This document shows positions 39,563 to 50,531 of a DNA stretch of 64,000 nucleotides, one piece after another. Where the stretch lies: positions 1-64,000 of the forward strand of contig CAMAVY010000002.1 of assembly GCA_945861675.1 (NCBI GenBank). The letters are read 5' to 3'. The stretch's first letter is position 1. Each line of letters begins with the position of its first letter. Both the position numbers and the translations under genes were made by a program. The DNA comes from Klebsiella pneumoniae. GTDB taxonomy: Bacteria > Pseudomonadota > Gammaproteobacteria > Pseudomonadales > Azotimanducaceae. A model generated the notes under the pieces. The model was not told where the DNA came from and did not search any database. It was given only the letters and a program-made list of their open reading frames with translations.

Positions 39563-41809
39563 TTGACGACTGAGGAACCGCGGGCTGACGGCATCGAACG
39601 TCTGCCGCTACGGCAGTACACAGAGAAGGCGTACCTGGACTACTCCATGTATGTCATCAACGATCGCGCGCTGCCACACATCAGCGATGGTCTGAAGCCG
39701 GTACAGCGTCGCATCATCTATGCGATGTCCGAGCTTGGCTTGGATGCGACGGCGAAGTACATGAAGTCGGCGCGCACCATAGGCGACGTGTTGGGCAAGT
39801 TCCACCCGCACGGCGACAGCGCCTGCTATGAAGCCATGGTGCTCATGGCCCAGCCCTTTTCGTTTCGTTATCCGCTCGTCGATGGACAGGGCAACTGGGG
39901 CGCGCCGGACGACCCGAAGTCCTTCGCGGCCATGCGTTACACCGAGGCTCGGCTGACGCGGATTGCTGACCTGCTGCTGGCTGAGCTTGGCCAGGGTACG
40001 GTCGATGAAGTGCTCAACTACGATGGCACGCAGTCTGAGCCAGCATTGTTGCCGTCGCGGCTGCCCTTTGTGTTGCTCAATGGCAGCACCGGCATTGCAG
40101 TGGGCATGGCCACCGACATCCCGCCGCATAACCTGACCGAAGTGGCGCACGCGCTGGTGCATCTGCTGGACCATCCCACCGCCAGCATCGAAGACCTGCT
40201 GCAGTTCGTGCAGGGCCCGGACTATCCGACGGATGCCCAGATCATTACCTCACGCGAGGAAATGCTGCAGATCTATCGCGAGGGGCGCGGCAGCGTTCGC
40301 GTGCGCGCCAGCTGGCATGTGGAGGACGGCGACATCGTGATCACCGCGCTGCCGCATCAGACCTCGCCGGCAAAGGTGCTCGAGCAGATTGCCGCGCAGA
40401 TGCAGGACAAGAAGCTGCCGACCGTCGTAGACCTGCGCGATGAGGGCAACCACGAGAACCCCACGCGCCTCGTTGTCGTACCGCGTTCGAGCCGTGTCGA
40501 GGCAGACCGGCTCATGAGTCATCTGTTTGCGACCACGGACTTGGAGCGCACGCACCGCGTCAACATCAACGTGCTGGGCCTCGATGGCCGGCCACAGGTG
40601 AAGAACCTGTTGACGCTGCTCGGGGAGTGGCTGGAATTCCGGCGGATCACGGTTCGCCGTCGGCTGACCTTTCGGCGCGACCGCATCAATGAACGTCTGC
40701 ATGTATTGGAAGGCCTGCTGGTGGCCTACCTCAATGTGGACGAAGTGATTCGCATCGTGCGGGAGGCGGAGAAGCCGCGCGACGCACTGATGGCGCGCTT
40801 CGCGCTGTCGGAGATTCAGGCGAACGCGATTCTCGATCTGCGCCTGCGTCAGCTTGCTCGGCTGGAAGAGATCCGCATCACGAGTGAACGCGATCAGTTG
40901 GGCGTTGAGCTTGCGGAACTCGAGCGCATTCTGTCGTCGCCCGCTCGGCTGAATCGGCTGCTGCGACAGGAGATCGAAGAAGACGCGAAAACTCACGGCG
41001 ACGCGCGTCGCTCGCTGATTGTCGGTGGGGCCACGATTGCGGCCGCGTACTCGGAAGAAGACCTGATGGGCTCAGAGCCCGTGACCGTGGTGCTGTCGCT
41101 CAAGGGCTGGGTGCGCGCCGGCAAAGGGCACGAGATCGACCCCGAAACGCTGTCGTATCGCAGCGGTGACGGTTTCATGATGGCGGCGCGGGGCAAGACG
41201 AGTCAGCTGTGTGTGTTCGTCGATTCCAGCGGGCGCAGTTACACGTTACCGCCCAACTCGCTGCCGTCGGCGCGCGGTCAGGGCGAGCCACTTACCGGGC
41301 GAGTGAACCCGCCGTCGGGCGCCGAGTTTGCCGGCGTGCTGATGGGCGAAGGCGACGAGCGGTGCGTACTGGCGTCGCGCAACGGCTATGGCTTCGTTGT
41401 GTCGTTGGCAGAACTGGTGGCCAAGAATCGCAACGGGAAAGCGGTGCTCACTGCTGACAGTTCGGGTGTGGTGCCGCCGTTTCTCGTGCGCGATCTGCAG
41501 GCAGACGAACTGGCCGTGTTTACCAGTCAAGGCCGGCTGCTGGTGTTCCCCGTGCGCGATCTGCCGGAGCTTGCGCGCGGCAAAGGCAACAAGCTGATCG
41601 GCATTCCAGCGGCGGACGTCGCGTCGCGCGCTGAGCTGCTGGTTGCCGCAATCCCCTTCGGCCGTACTGACGAGCTGGTGGTGCACGCGGGCCAGCGTTT
41701 TCTGCGTCTGAAGGGCAGTGACCTTGATGAGTACCGCGGCGAACGCGCACGTCGTGGACGCCCGCTGCCCAGGGGATTTCAACGCGTGGACAAGGTGTTG
41801 TTGCGCTGA
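39563..41809 (+). CDS. parC: DNA topoisomerase IV subunit A
   Basis: GyrA/ParC N-terminal domain with active-site region. ~750 aa, no GyrA-box-rich C-terminus. Confidence 0.9.
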   Translation: MTTEEPRADGIERLPLRQYTEKAYLDYSMYVINDRALPHISDGLKPVQRRIIYAMSELGLDATAKYMKSARTIGDVLGKFHPHGDSACYEAMVLMAQPFSFRYPLVDGQGNWGAPDDPKSFAAMRYTEARLTRIADLLLAELGQGTVDEVLNYDGTQSEPALLPSRLPFVLLNGSTGIAVGMATDIPPHNLTEVAHALVHLLDHPTASIEDLLQFVQGPDYPTDAQIITSREEMLQIYREGRGSVRVRASWHVEDGDIVITALPHQTSPAKVLEQIAAQMQDKKLPTVVDLRDEGNHENPTRLVVVPRSSRVEADRLMSHLFATTDLERTHRVNINVLGLDGRPQVKNLLTLLGEWLEFRRITVRRRLTFRRDRINERLHVLEGLLVAYLNVDEVIRIVREAEKPRDALMARFALSEIQANAILDLRLRQLARLEEIRITSERDQLGVELAELERILSSPARLNRLLRQEIEEDAKTHGDARRSLIVGGATIAAAYSEEDLMGSEPVTVVLSLKGWVRAGKGHEIDPETLSYRSGDGFMMAARGKTSQLCVFVDSSGRSYTLPPNSLPSARGQGEPLTGRVNPPSGAEFAGVLMGEGDERCVLASRNGYGFVVSLAELVAKNRNGKAVLTADSSGVVPPFLVRDLQADELAVFTSQGRLLVFPVRDLPELARGKGNKLIGIPAADVASRAELLVAAIPFGRTDELVVHAGQRFLRLKGSDLDEYRGERARRGRPLPRGFQRVDKVLLR

Positions 41810-41820
41810 CCGAATGCTGG

Positions 41821-43215
41821 TCAGTTGTCAGTCAGCAACCGTTCGGTCTGGCTGGTCAGAAGCGCCGCATGTGACGGCGCGAGGCCGGTGATCTGATAGT
41901 GAAATCTGCCTGCATCGTCGTTACCCGGGATCGGCGAGCGGATGGCCATCCAAAGTACGCGCTGGTTGTCGAGCAGGTCTTCGAACACGGAGCGCTCGAT
42001 CGCAAGCGTGTGATCCTTGGCCGTGGCGCTGAGCAGCAACGTTGCAGACAGCGCTTCATCGAGCTCGTCGAGCAGCTCTGATTCGCGGCTCGATGTGGTG
42101 GGCTGTGCCAGCCGTGTCAGGCCAGCACGAAGCCCAAGCGGCTTCTGCTGCTGCAGCGCTCGTGCGTCGTTCAACTGGGCGGTCAGGCGGAGCGCAAGCA
42201 GCGCAGCGCAGATGCCGCTGAACGCGTGGTCGTCGCCCTCGATGCTGTCGAGCAGCGCAAAGAGCCCCGTGCCGTGCAGGCGGTACACGCGGCCCTTGTA
42301 GAGCCCCAGCACGCGCTGCATGCGTTCAAAGCAAACCATGTAGGCCGCGTCGCGGTCTGTGGGTGCAAGGGAACCCTGATTGAACAGGTTCAACACCAGC
42401 AGGTAGGGCGGCGCGCTGTTGTCCGTTGCGCTGCTGTCCGACGCGGAAGACGGTGCCGCCGCGGGCGCAGGATCCGGGGCAAGCAGCATGGCCAGCGCCT
42501 GTACCTGTTGCAGCGCGGAAGAAGACTCAGGCAGACCTGCACTGGGCTGTGCGCTGCCTGAATTGGCCGTCGTCGGGCCGAAGCCCGTGGACTGTCGCCG
42601 CGCGGCTGCAGTCGTCAACCACGTGGCAGTTGTCAGTCGCGTGGCAGTTGTCAGTCGCGTGGCAGTTGTCAGTCGCGTGGCGATGGCCCGAAGTTCGCCG
42701 TCGAATCGGCTGCCGATACGCGCGCCCACCCATGCAGCGAGGAGCGCGCCGACCAGTGCCGCCAGCCAGACCAGGCCTCCGCCGTGCGGCGCCAACGCCT
42801 CCGGGTCGACCACTACGCGGACGTAGCCGACGCGCTGCGCCTCGAAACTGATGTCATGCGTGAACACCGTGTTTTCCTGCGCATCCTTGGTGGCTTCGAC
42901 AGGTACACGGCCGCCTGTGCTGATCAGGCGATTGTCCAGGGTGTAGATGGCCGTGTTGACGATGGCAGCGTCATCGGCGAGATGGGTGGTGATGACGTTG
43001 AGGTCTATGCGGTCGTGGGTGACCACCGGCGTTGCAGCCAGCGCGGCAAGCTGAGCTGTGATGGTGTTGCCATAGCGTGCGACGCTTGCCTGCCCGAGGC
43101 GGTGTTGCACCACGAGGCTGGCAGGTACCATGAGCGCAATTGCGATGCCTGCCGCAAGTAATCCGTGCAGCGCGCCTTGTGCGCGTAGTGACCAGTTGGA
43201 GACGCGTGCGGGCAT
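41821..43215 (-). CDS. two-TM membrane protein with Ser/Ala/Pro-rich linker and a C-terminal degenerate class III cyclase-homology domain. In-frame 18-bp repeat x4.
   Basis: TM1 residues ~15-36, TM2 ~150-172. ATRLTT x4 encoded by gtggcagttgtcagtcgc repeats at 42605-42686. C-terminus AAYMVCFERMQRVLGLYKGRVYRLHGTGLFALLD...LRAGL... matches cyclase domain topology but lacks the first metal-binding Asp. Confidence 0.55.
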   Translation of the reverse strand: MPARVSNWSLRAQGALHGLLAAGIAIALMVPASLVVQHRLGQASVARYGNTITAQLAALAATPVVTHDRIDLNVITTHLADDAAIVNTAIYTLDNRLISTGGRVPVEATKDAQENTVFTHDISFEAQRVGYVRVVVDPEALAPHGGGLVWLAALVGALLAAWVGARIGSRFDGELRAIATRLTTATRLTTATRLTTATWLTTAAARRQSTGFGPTTANSGSAQPSAGLPESSSALQQVQALAMLLAPDPAPAAAPSSASDSSATDNSAPPYLLVLNLFNQGSLAPTDRDAAYMVCFERMQRVLGLYKGRVYRLHGTGLFALLDSIEGDDHAFSGICAALLALRLTAQLNDARALQQQKPLGLRAGLTRLAQPTTSSRESELLDELDEALSATLLLSATAKDHTLAIERSVFEDLLDNQRVLWMAIRSPIPGNDDAGRFHYQITGLAPSHAALLTSQTERLLTDN

Positions 43216-43260
43216 CGAATAGAAGTTTTGTGTTTCGTCGATACTAACCGAAGGGCTTCC

Positions 43261-44589
43261 GTGGCCGGGCCGATTATTCTGCTCAAACTCAGCGGGCGTG
43301 ATCAGAGCGATGCGACCGTGGCGCTGCTGCGGCTATTGGATCAGTTCGGAGCTCGCGTTCTCGATGTTGGCCGCGCCGAAATCCACGGTGAGTCATCGCT
43401 TGGCATGCTGTTGCAGTTACCGGATACGGGTAGTGCAATGGCGTTGTCGAACGCAGCCACGACCCTGTTGGGGCGCGTAGAGAACACCAGTCTCTCGCTT
43501 TCCGAGTTAACGCCTGAGCAGTATCTCGAATGGGCCTCGGGTCAGGGGCAGCCGCGCTACATCGTGACATTGTTGGCGCGGCAGCTGTTTGCGCGGCAAC
43601 TGTTGCGGATCACGGAGGTCGTGCAGTCGCACGGCTTGGCTGTTCGACGAATCACGCGCCTCTCCGGCCGGCCCCAGCTCGATGAAGCAGCAGGCGATGC
43701 GTCCGCGAGCCATGAGCAGGCAATTGTCGAATTCGAGCTCCGTGCGCCGTCGGTCCGTGCACTCGACATGGCGGGCGCCGCTGTTGGCGCGGCGAGGGAT
43801 CAAGGCGTGGACCAGCAGGCACTTCGACGTGCGCTGCTCGATACCTTGCGTCCGCTCGACGTCGACGTTTCCGTGCAGATGGACGACGCCGATCGGCGTA
43901 ATCGCAGACTGGTGGCCTTCGATATGGATTCCACGTTGATCCAGGGCGAGGTCATCGATGAACTCGCGAGCGCCTATGGCGTTGGCGACCAGGTGGCGGG
44001 CATCACGGCAGCCGCAATGCGTGGCGAACTCGACTTCGGCGCAAGTTTTTCGCGCCGCGTGGCGCTGCTTGCGGGTGCAGATGCCAGCTTGCTGGACGGC
44101 GTCGTGCGCGCTGTACGGCTCACGGCGGGCGCCGAACGCCTCATCCGGACCTTGAAGCGGCATGGCTATCGCACCGCGATTCTGTCGGGCGGCTTCCAGC
44201 AGGTCGGCGACCGGTTGAAGCAGACGCTGGGTATTGATCACGTGTATGCCAATACGCTCGAAGTGGTCGATGGCAAGCTGACCGGTCGCGCGCTCGGCAC
44301 GGTCGTCGACGGCGCGCGCAAAGCAGCCCTGCTGCGTGAACTTGTCCAACGTGAAGGGTTGCGTATGGCGCAGGCGATCGCGGTGGGTGACGGCGCCAAC
44401 GATCTGCCGATGCTGAGCATCGCGGGGTTGGGCGTCGCTTTTCGCGCGAAGCCCATCGTGGCTGCCAGCGCCGAGCACGCCATCACGCACTTCGGGCTCG
44501 ACGCGATCCTGTATCTGATCGGCTTCTCGGAACGCGATCTGCGCGATCCGCAACTGCTGCCGGATCAGGCCTCGCTGGCGAAGTTGTAG
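43261..44589 (+). CDS. serB: phosphoserine phosphatase with N-terminal ACT-like regulatory domains
   Basis: HAD motifs (DMDSTLI ... GDGANDLPM). GTG start at 43261 or TTG at 43228. Confidence 0.85.
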   Translation: MAGPIILLKLSGRDQSDATVALLRLLDQFGARVLDVGRAEIHGESSLGMLLQLPDTGSAMALSNAATTLLGRVENTSLSLSELTPEQYLEWASGQGQPRYIVTLLARQLFARQLLRITEVVQSHGLAVRRITRLSGRPQLDEAAGDASASHEQAIVEFELRAPSVRALDMAGAAVGAARDQGVDQQALRRALLDTLRPLDVDVSVQMDDADRRNRRLVAFDMDSTLIQGEVIDELASAYGVGDQVAGITAAAMRGELDFGASFSRRVALLAGADASLLDGVVRAVRLTAGAERLIRTLKRHGYRTAILSGGFQQVGDRLKQTLGIDHVYANTLEVVDGKLTGRALGTVVDGARKAALLRELVQREGLRMAQAIAVGDGANDLPMLSIAGLGVAFRAKPIVAASAEHAITHFGLDAILYLIGFSERDLRDPQLLPDQASLAKL

Positions 44590-46754
44590 TCCATTTCCGT
44601 CGCGGGCTCCTGCAGGTACTGGCCCTGGATGTAGTTCGCGCCGCCCTGCCACAGCGCTGCCAGCAAAGCGGCGCTTTCCACCATCGGCACGATCGTCAGC
44701 TTGCCGCAGTTCTGCAGCAGGTCGATCAGCCGACCGAGATTTGCGCGCTGCTCCTGATTCGAATGCACTGACCCGATCAGCGAAGCGTCGACCTTGACGA
44801 AGTCCACGTTCAACTTGCTGATCAGGTCGCGTGGACTGTGGCCGCCGGTGAAGTGGCTGATGCCGGTGCGGCAATGCAGGTCTGTGAGCGCACGGGTGAA
44901 GTCGCCTGCCTGTGTCACGTTGTGCATGATGTCGCGCTCGCTGATCTGCAGTACCAGCGCGTCGGCGGGCAGGCGGGCCGCGCGAATCGCGACGCCCAGC
45001 CATTGCGGGAACGAAGTGTCGAACACGCTGGCACTGCTCAGGTTGACCAGCATGCGCGTGTCATTACCGTTCGCGCGGTGTGTCGACAGCAGCTTGATGG
45101 CCTGCAGGACCAGCCAACGGTCAACGCGACCACTGACAGCGCTGGGCAGGCTGCCGGGCGCCAGATCCAACCATGCCAGCGGCTCGCCGCCGGTCGGCGA
45201 GTCATCGATGCCGCGCGGGATGTACAGGAAGGCTTCGTACAACTCGTCTGCTTCGCCGTGCACGCTGATGATGGGTTGAAACATCAGTGTGAAGCTGTTG
45301 GCCTGCAGCGTTTCATCGACCAGCGCGGCCAGCTTCTGTGCGGCGCTCGGACTCAAGGGTTCGCGCGGACGCCTCGCACCTGGAGCGACAGGTGGTTCTT
45401 GAGTTGTTGATGGTGCCGCATCGGCCGCTGCTGGGAGCGCTGACTCCGGGTGTTGTGGCTTTGCGCCCACTGATGCGGAGCGATCGAGGCGCCGCAGAAG
45501 CTCGTCGACAATGCCCAGATCCGGACTGAGCTCGTCCGCCAACGGCATGACCACGGTGCGCAAGCGGACTTCAAGGGCGCCTCGGCTCTCGTCGGAACAA
45601 CGAGTGGCAATGTGGCTGGCAATATCCTCCAGTTCCAACTGTGCGTTCTCGAGTTCCAGATTCTCGAGCAGCACCAGGGTGAGATCGTCAGCGACCGCGA
45701 GTACACGGTGCGGCGCGGCAAACGCCTCGCACAGCAGCTCGGTCATTCGTCCATTGACGGTCGCGCACAATTCGAGGCCTGCCTGCCCGCGCTTTTGTGC
45801 CTGATTTACCCATTGCAGTGCTGCAATGCAGCCGAGCGTGCCGCTTGCCAGCAGGCCGGCGTGGAAGGTTTCTATGCCTTTCCTCAGACGTGCCAGCCGA
45901 TCATCGTCCTTGTTGGACGCGCCGCCGGGTGTCGAGGTGGAGGTCTGTGTATCTGCAGCATCGGCGTTCGCAATTGTTCGCACTGAAACCTGCCAGCAGG
46001 CCTCGCCCTCGTACACGGCGGGCTGCACGGACAGTTCGGCATGAAACTGCTTGCCATCAACGTGCAGACACAGGAGTTGCAGCCGTACGCGCTCCGATCC
46101 GGAGACATCGCGCAGGTAGTGCTTGAGCGGTTCCTGTGCTTCTGGTGGCACCAGGTCGAGCATGGTGGCACCGAGGAGTGCGTCCACGTCGGCGTAGCCG
46201 AACATGCTGAGATAGTTCGCGTTGGCGAACACGTGCATACCTTCCTGCACATAGGCGACGCCAACATCGGATGTTGCCAGCAGCAGCTGCAGGCGTTGGT
46301 CGATCTCGTCTACCGCAAGCTGGGCACGTGTCAATTGGATGCGATTGCGGACGTTCTCCCATTCGCGGCGGAAGACCAGCAACAGCCGCTCACGATCATC
46401 GGCGTTCATTGCGTCATGCGCGCCGTCGCGCAGCGCCTGCGTCGTTCGTGAGGCATCGCATTGTGGATCGAGCAGCAGAACCGGGAGCGCGTGGTCGAAC
46501 TCGCGCACCATCGGTACCGTGTTGGCAAGCGTGCCGAGGGCGCTATCGGCGTGCAGGATCAGCATGTCCCAGGCCTGCTTCTGCAGGGCGGAACGCAGCC
46601 CGCGTTCGTCGTCAACGAACTGCGTGCGCAACGTGAATGATGCGTTGCGCAGCGTTGCGATCAGTGCTTCAGCGGCATTTTCGTCCTGCTCCGCAACAAG
46701 CAGACGAACAGGCTGAGCGCTGTGTGAAACAGTGTGCGGACGCACGTTCGTCAC
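44565..46754 (-). CDS. fimX: FimX-like c-di-GMP signalling protein: REC - PAS - degenerate GGDEF - degenerate EAL
   Basis: Receiver domain at the N-terminus. No GG(D/E)EF motif. EAL signature replaced by ...ADELYEAF.... GTG start 2 nt after the stop of the upstream PilZ-like gene. fimX lies near parC in P. aeruginosa too. Confidence 0.65.
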   Translation of the reverse strand: MTNVRPHTVSHSAQPVRLLVAEQDENAAEALIATLRNASFTLRTQFVDDERGLRSALQKQAWDMLILHADSALGTLANTVPMVREFDHALPVLLLDPQCDASRTTQALRDGAHDAMNADDRERLLLVFRREWENVRNRIQLTRAQLAVDEIDQRLQLLLATSDVGVAYVQEGMHVFANANYLSMFGYADVDALLGATMLDLVPPEAQEPLKHYLRDVSGSERVRLQLLCLHVDGKQFHAELSVQPAVYEGEACWQVSVRTIANADAADTQTSTSTPGGASNKDDDRLARLRKGIETFHAGLLASGTLGCIAALQWVNQAQKRGQAGLELCATVNGRMTELLCEAFAAPHRVLAVADDLTLVLLENLELENAQLELEDIASHIATRCSDESRGALEVRLRTVVMPLADELSPDLGIVDELLRRLDRSASVGAKPQHPESALPAAADAAPSTTQEPPVAPGARRPREPLSPSAAQKLAALVDETLQANSFTLMFQPIISVHGEADELYEAFLYIPRGIDDSPTGGEPLAWLDLAPGSLPSAVSGRVDRWLVLQAIKLLSTHRANGNDTRMLVNLSSASVFDTSFPQWLGVAIRAARLPADALVLQISERDIMHNVTQAGDFTRALTDLHCRTGISHFTGGHSPRDLISKLNVDFVKVDASLIGSVHSNQEQRANLGRLIDLLQNCGKLTIVPMVESAALLAALWQGGANYIQGQYLQEPATEMDYNFASEA

Positions 46755-46756
46755 GT

Positions 46757-48649
46757 TCAGGATTCCGTGTCGCTGAACAACGGGTCGAAGCCGGAATTGC
46801 TTGTGCCGTAGCCTGAGCCTGCGCGCGCGCGCGCTGACGACGGATCTGCCTGTCCGGCTTCGATGTATCGGAACTCGAACTGTGCAAAGGCATCGGTCGA
46901 TGAGACCAGCTTCGACAGCACTGCTTTTGCGTCGGCGCCCGATTGGTTGATCAGCACGCGCTGACCTTCGGAAAACGAGATGCGCGGCAGCACCAGCATT
47001 GCAGCCTGTCGCAGCATGGGTATCGAGGGCAGCAGCAGGCCGCGCATGAACTGTGGCTCTTCGTTCTTGCGGTTGAGCACGCGCGCACCTACCGGTTCAG
47101 CAGCGGGTGACAGCAGCTCAAGGCCGACCATGGTGCCGGAGTCCGGCGCATGGCGAATCCAGCGGGCCACGCCCAGCGCCCAGCGCTGCCCTGCGTTCTC
47201 GCGGATTGCCAGCAACTCACCTGTTTGCAGATTCGGAGGCGCGGCATCTTTCCAGCGGATGCAATAGCCGCCCGGCGAGGTGTCGACCGTGTTGGTCTCG
47301 TAGAACGGATAGGTCGCGAGATCCAGCTCCCGTGCCGGCTCCTCTTCAACCTGCTCGTTGATGAGTTGCAGGTCGTCGAGGTCCGGGTTCTCGGGAATAC
47401 GTGCGCCGCCGCCAGAGTCGAATGCGTTGGACCAGACGTCGCCCAGGGCCGGGGTCGATCCGAAACCATTGGGACTCGCTTGAAACACGTCATTGCGGTC
47501 GGAAAAGCGATTCTTGATCAGGGGCTGGAAGACATGGGCCTTGCGTAGCAGCGACTCAAAGTCATGGCCGTCTGCCAGGTGATAGTGGGCGGCCGAAAAG
47601 CCGACGCAGACGTACAACTTGCCCGTTGACGGCAGCCGTGAGAAGGCCCGCTTCGAACGTCGGCCCCAGGCGTTGGCCGCGTGAGCCAGCAGGTCCTGCG
47701 ACAGACCGCCACCGATCTGCAGGCGATGTGCGTTCTGCTCGCCGCCAATTGCGTGTTGCTCAACCGCCGCGTCCAGCAGATTCACCAGCCGGTCGGTATT
47801 CAAGGTCTCGCACAGATCGTGGGACTCGCCGTCGTAGGCTGGACCGTACACCGGCGGGTCGTCCTTGGTCAGATCCACGACGAAACTGCCATTCACCACG
47901 CCGTTGGTCACTTCAACGTACTTCGACCAATCGGCGAGCTGGTCGAACAGACCGCTCAGCTGGCGTTGGCGCAACTTGTTCGGGCTGGCAGTCGCGAGAA
48001 GCGCGGCGCGCAGGTAGGCCTGGGCAATGGTGAACGGACCCTTGTGTTCGTCGTCGGCGTGCTCATCCAGGCGGACCGACGAAATTCCTGCGCGCTCGCT
48101 CACCATCAAAAGCTGATTCAGCTCCAGCCAGGCCTTGGGCAGCGGGTCGGTGTACAGCTGGCAGGCCCGCAGAATCGTCATTATCAGTTCGCCAAGCGTA
48201 CGAAAAATCGCGATGGGCACCAGCGAACCGACTTCACTTGGCCTGGTGCCGGGCCCGAACGGCACTTTGCTTTGGATCGCCTGCACGACCACAACCTTGT
48301 ACCCGACCGCCAGTTGGTTCTGCAGCACCTGACACTGGTTCGCATAGCGCCGCATGGTTTCGTTGACCAGCACGGGCTGGTTCAGGAACCACCGCGCCAG
48401 GCCAACACAGGTGAAATGGACCGGACCCCGGAGCGCCTCGATCATGGCGAAGCGATCCTCAAGCCCGCATTTCAGCTGGGGAATTTCGACGACGGCACGA
48501 TATAAATGCTTGGCAACCTCATCAACAGCCGCCATCGGTAGCTCGGAGAGCCACTGATCGAATGCTTCGGGCGTTTCATCGCAGAACGACAACCTTTCCA
48601 GTTGCTGTGCGGGCACGCTCAAGCGCAAGGTTGTCTTCGGTGCGGTCAT
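46757..48649 (-). CDS. 630-aa conserved protein with a C-terminal PilZ-like domain, putative c-di-GMP effector
   Basis: C-terminal DTSPGG (DxSxGG-like) followed by beta-strand pattern GELLAIRE...WALGVARWI...GTMVGLELL. N-terminal ~450 aa unassigned. Appears co-transcribed with fimX. Confidence 0.45.
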   Translation of the reverse strand: MTAPKTTLRLSVPAQQLERLSFCDETPEAFDQWLSELPMAAVDEVAKHLYRAVVEIPQLKCGLEDRFAMIEALRGPVHFTCVGLARWFLNQPVLVNETMRRYANQCQVLQNQLAVGYKVVVVQAIQSKVPFGPGTRPSEVGSLVPIAIFRTLGELIMTILRACQLYTDPLPKAWLELNQLLMVSERAGISSVRLDEHADDEHKGPFTIAQAYLRAALLATASPNKLRQRQLSGLFDQLADWSKYVEVTNGVVNGSFVVDLTKDDPPVYGPAYDGESHDLCETLNTDRLVNLLDAAVEQHAIGGEQNAHRLQIGGGLSQDLLAHAANAWGRRSKRAFSRLPSTGKLYVCVGFSAAHYHLADGHDFESLLRKAHVFQPLIKNRFSDRNDVFQASPNGFGSTPALGDVWSNAFDSGGGARIPENPDLDDLQLINEQVEEEPARELDLATYPFYETNTVDTSPGGYCIRWKDAAPPNLQTGELLAIRENAGQRWALGVARWIRHAPDSGTMVGLELLSPAAEPVGARVLNRKNEEPQFMRGLLLPSIPMLRQAAMLVLPRISFSEGQRVLINQSGADAKAVLSKLVSSTDAFAQFEFRYIEAGQADPSSARARAGSGYGTSNSGFDPLFSDTES

Positions 48650-48898
48650 GCAGCGGGTCCTGGTATGCCGGGCGTAGGTTAACTACCGACTGATGAGTAT
48701 AAGTTAGCTATTGATTGATGCAGTTGCATGACATACCTGAGCAGGGTCGACTCGGCGATCTCGAGGCCGATCAGCGTGCGGATCGACTGCTGGAGGGCGC
48801 CAGGTAAAAGGCTCAAGCTGACTATGGCGACCGGCGGGCTGCGCGACACGTACCCTGGATGGGTCACACCCGAAGTCAGCGGGTCAACCCGGCACCGA

Positions 48899-49909
48899 TC
48901 AGCCAACTACCACGGTCTTCGAAGTCGACCCCGGAATCTCCCGGACCAGCCGCGGCACCAGATATCCGGGCAGGCGCGCCCGTACTTCATTTATCAATGC
49001 GACCGCGTTGCTCCGGCAGACATCGAAGTGCGCAGCACCTGCTACCGGGTCCAGCAGATGCAGGTAGTAGGGTAGGACTGCGCTAGCGATGAGACGTTCG
49101 GAGAGCTCGACCAGTGTGTCGGCGCTGTCGTTCACGCCCTTCAGCAGCACGCTCTGATTCAGCAGAACGGCGCCACTGGTGCGGAGCCGAGTCAGCGCTG
49201 CGCCAAGCTCAGCGTCGATCTCGGCGGGGTGGTTGATGTGCAGCACGACGACGCTGCGCAGCCGCGTCCCGGTAAGGATTTCCACCAGCGCTTCGGTGAC
49301 GCGGTCGGGGATCACGACAGGCAGGCGGGTGTGAATACGGACTGTCTTCAGGTGCGGAATGTCGCCGAGACGGCTGATGAGCGTTCGAAGCGTGTTGTCC
49401 CGCAGCATCAGCGGGTCGCCGCCCGAAAGGATCACTTCATTAATGGTGGTGTCTGCGCCGAGTGCCGCCAGCACCGCGTCTGGCAGTGCCTGCGCGCCCT
49501 GGTTCTCGGTGTAGGGGAAGTGCCTGCGGAAACAGTATCTGCAGTTGACGGCGCAGGAAGTGGCGGCCATGAGCAGGGCCCTGCCTGCGTACTTCTGCAG
49601 CAGACCCGGGGCGCGCAGATAGTCCGCCTCTGTCAGCGGATCGGCGCTGAAGCCCGGCAAAGTCGCGCTTTCCTGGCGGGTGGCCAGGACCTGTAGAAGC
49701 AGCGGATCAGTTGGGTCTTGATGGCGCATACGCCGCAAAAATGGTTCGGGAACCAATGTGCCGAAGTCCCCGGCATCATCGACCTGAAGCGCAAGCGGAT
49801 GGTCGCCGAGCCCCAGCCGCTGCAGCAGTGTGCTGCTCGAACGAATTGCCTCGCGCAGTGTTCGTTGCCACGTTTCGGACTGCCTGCGGCGGGTGGCAAC
49901 GGGTATCAT
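48899..49909 (-). CDS. epmB: EF-P beta-lysylation protein, lysine 2,3-aminomutase-like radical SAM enzyme
   Basis: [11 protein letters not shown] radical-SAM cysteine motif. Divergent from efp. First ATG at 49907-49909. Confidence 0.85.
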   Translation of the reverse strand: MIPVATRRRQSETWQRTLREAIRSSSTLLQRLGLGDHPLALQVDDAGDFGTLVPEPFLRRMRHQDPTDPLLLQVLATRQESATLPGFSADPLTEADYLRAPGLLQKYAGRALLMAATSCAVNCRYCFRRHFPYTENQGAQALPDAVLAALGADTTINEVILSGGDPLMLRDNTLRTLISRLGDIPHLKTVRIHTRLPVVIPDRVTEALVEILTGTRLRSVVVLHINHPAEIDAELGAALTRLRTSGAVLLNQSVLLKGVNDSADTLVELSERLIASAVLPYYLHLLDPVAGAAHFDVCRSNAVALINEVRARLPGYLVPRLVREIPGSTSKTVVVG

Positions 49910-49938
49910 TCGCGGCTTCCTTCGGGCGGTGGTTGCCA

Positions 49939-50511
49939 ATGGCTACGTATTCTACAAGTGAGTTCCGCGCCGGCATGAAGGTCATGTACGAGGGCGACCC
50001 TTGTTCGATCCTCGAAAATGAGTTCGTGAAGCCGGGCAAGGGACAAGCGTTCAATCGCGTGAAGTTCCGCAATTTGAAGAATGGCCGGGTATGGGAACGC
50101 ACCCTTAAGTCTGGCGACAGTCTGGAAGCTGCAGACGTAGTCGAGATGGAAATGGAGTTTCTGTACGCAGATGACCAGTTCTGGCATCTGATGAAAACGG
50201 ACGGCAGCTTCGAACAGCTTGCCGCACCTGAGAGCGCAATCGCCGGTGCGCGCGAATGGCTGAAGGAACAGAACAACTACACCGTCACGCTGTGGAACGA
50301 CCAGCCCATTTCGGTGTTGCCACCGAACACGATCGAGCTCGCAGTGGTGGAAACCGACCCGGGCATGCGTGGCGACACTGCAACCGGCGGGACCAAGCCT
50401 GCGAAGTTGTCATCAGGCGCGATCGTCAAAGTGCCGCTGTTCATCGAAATCGGCGACGTGTTGAAGGTCGACACCCGTCGCGGCGAATACATCAGCCGCG
50501 CCAAAGGCTGA
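49939..50511 (+). CDS. efp: elongation factor P
   Basis: [15 protein letters not shown]...[16 protein letters not shown], including the lysine-containing loop (KPGKG). Confidence 0.9.
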   Translation: MATYSTSEFRAGMKVMYEGDPCSILENEFVKPGKGQAFNRVKFRNLKNGRVWERTLKSGDSLEAADVVEMEMEFLYADDQFWHLMKTDGSFEQLAAPESAIAGAREWLKEQNNYTVTLWNDQPISVLPPNTIELAVVETDPGMRGDTATGGTKPAKLSSGAIVKVPLFIEIGDVLKVDTRRGEYISRAKG

Positions 50512-50531
50512 TTCACTTCGGGTTCTGAGCC

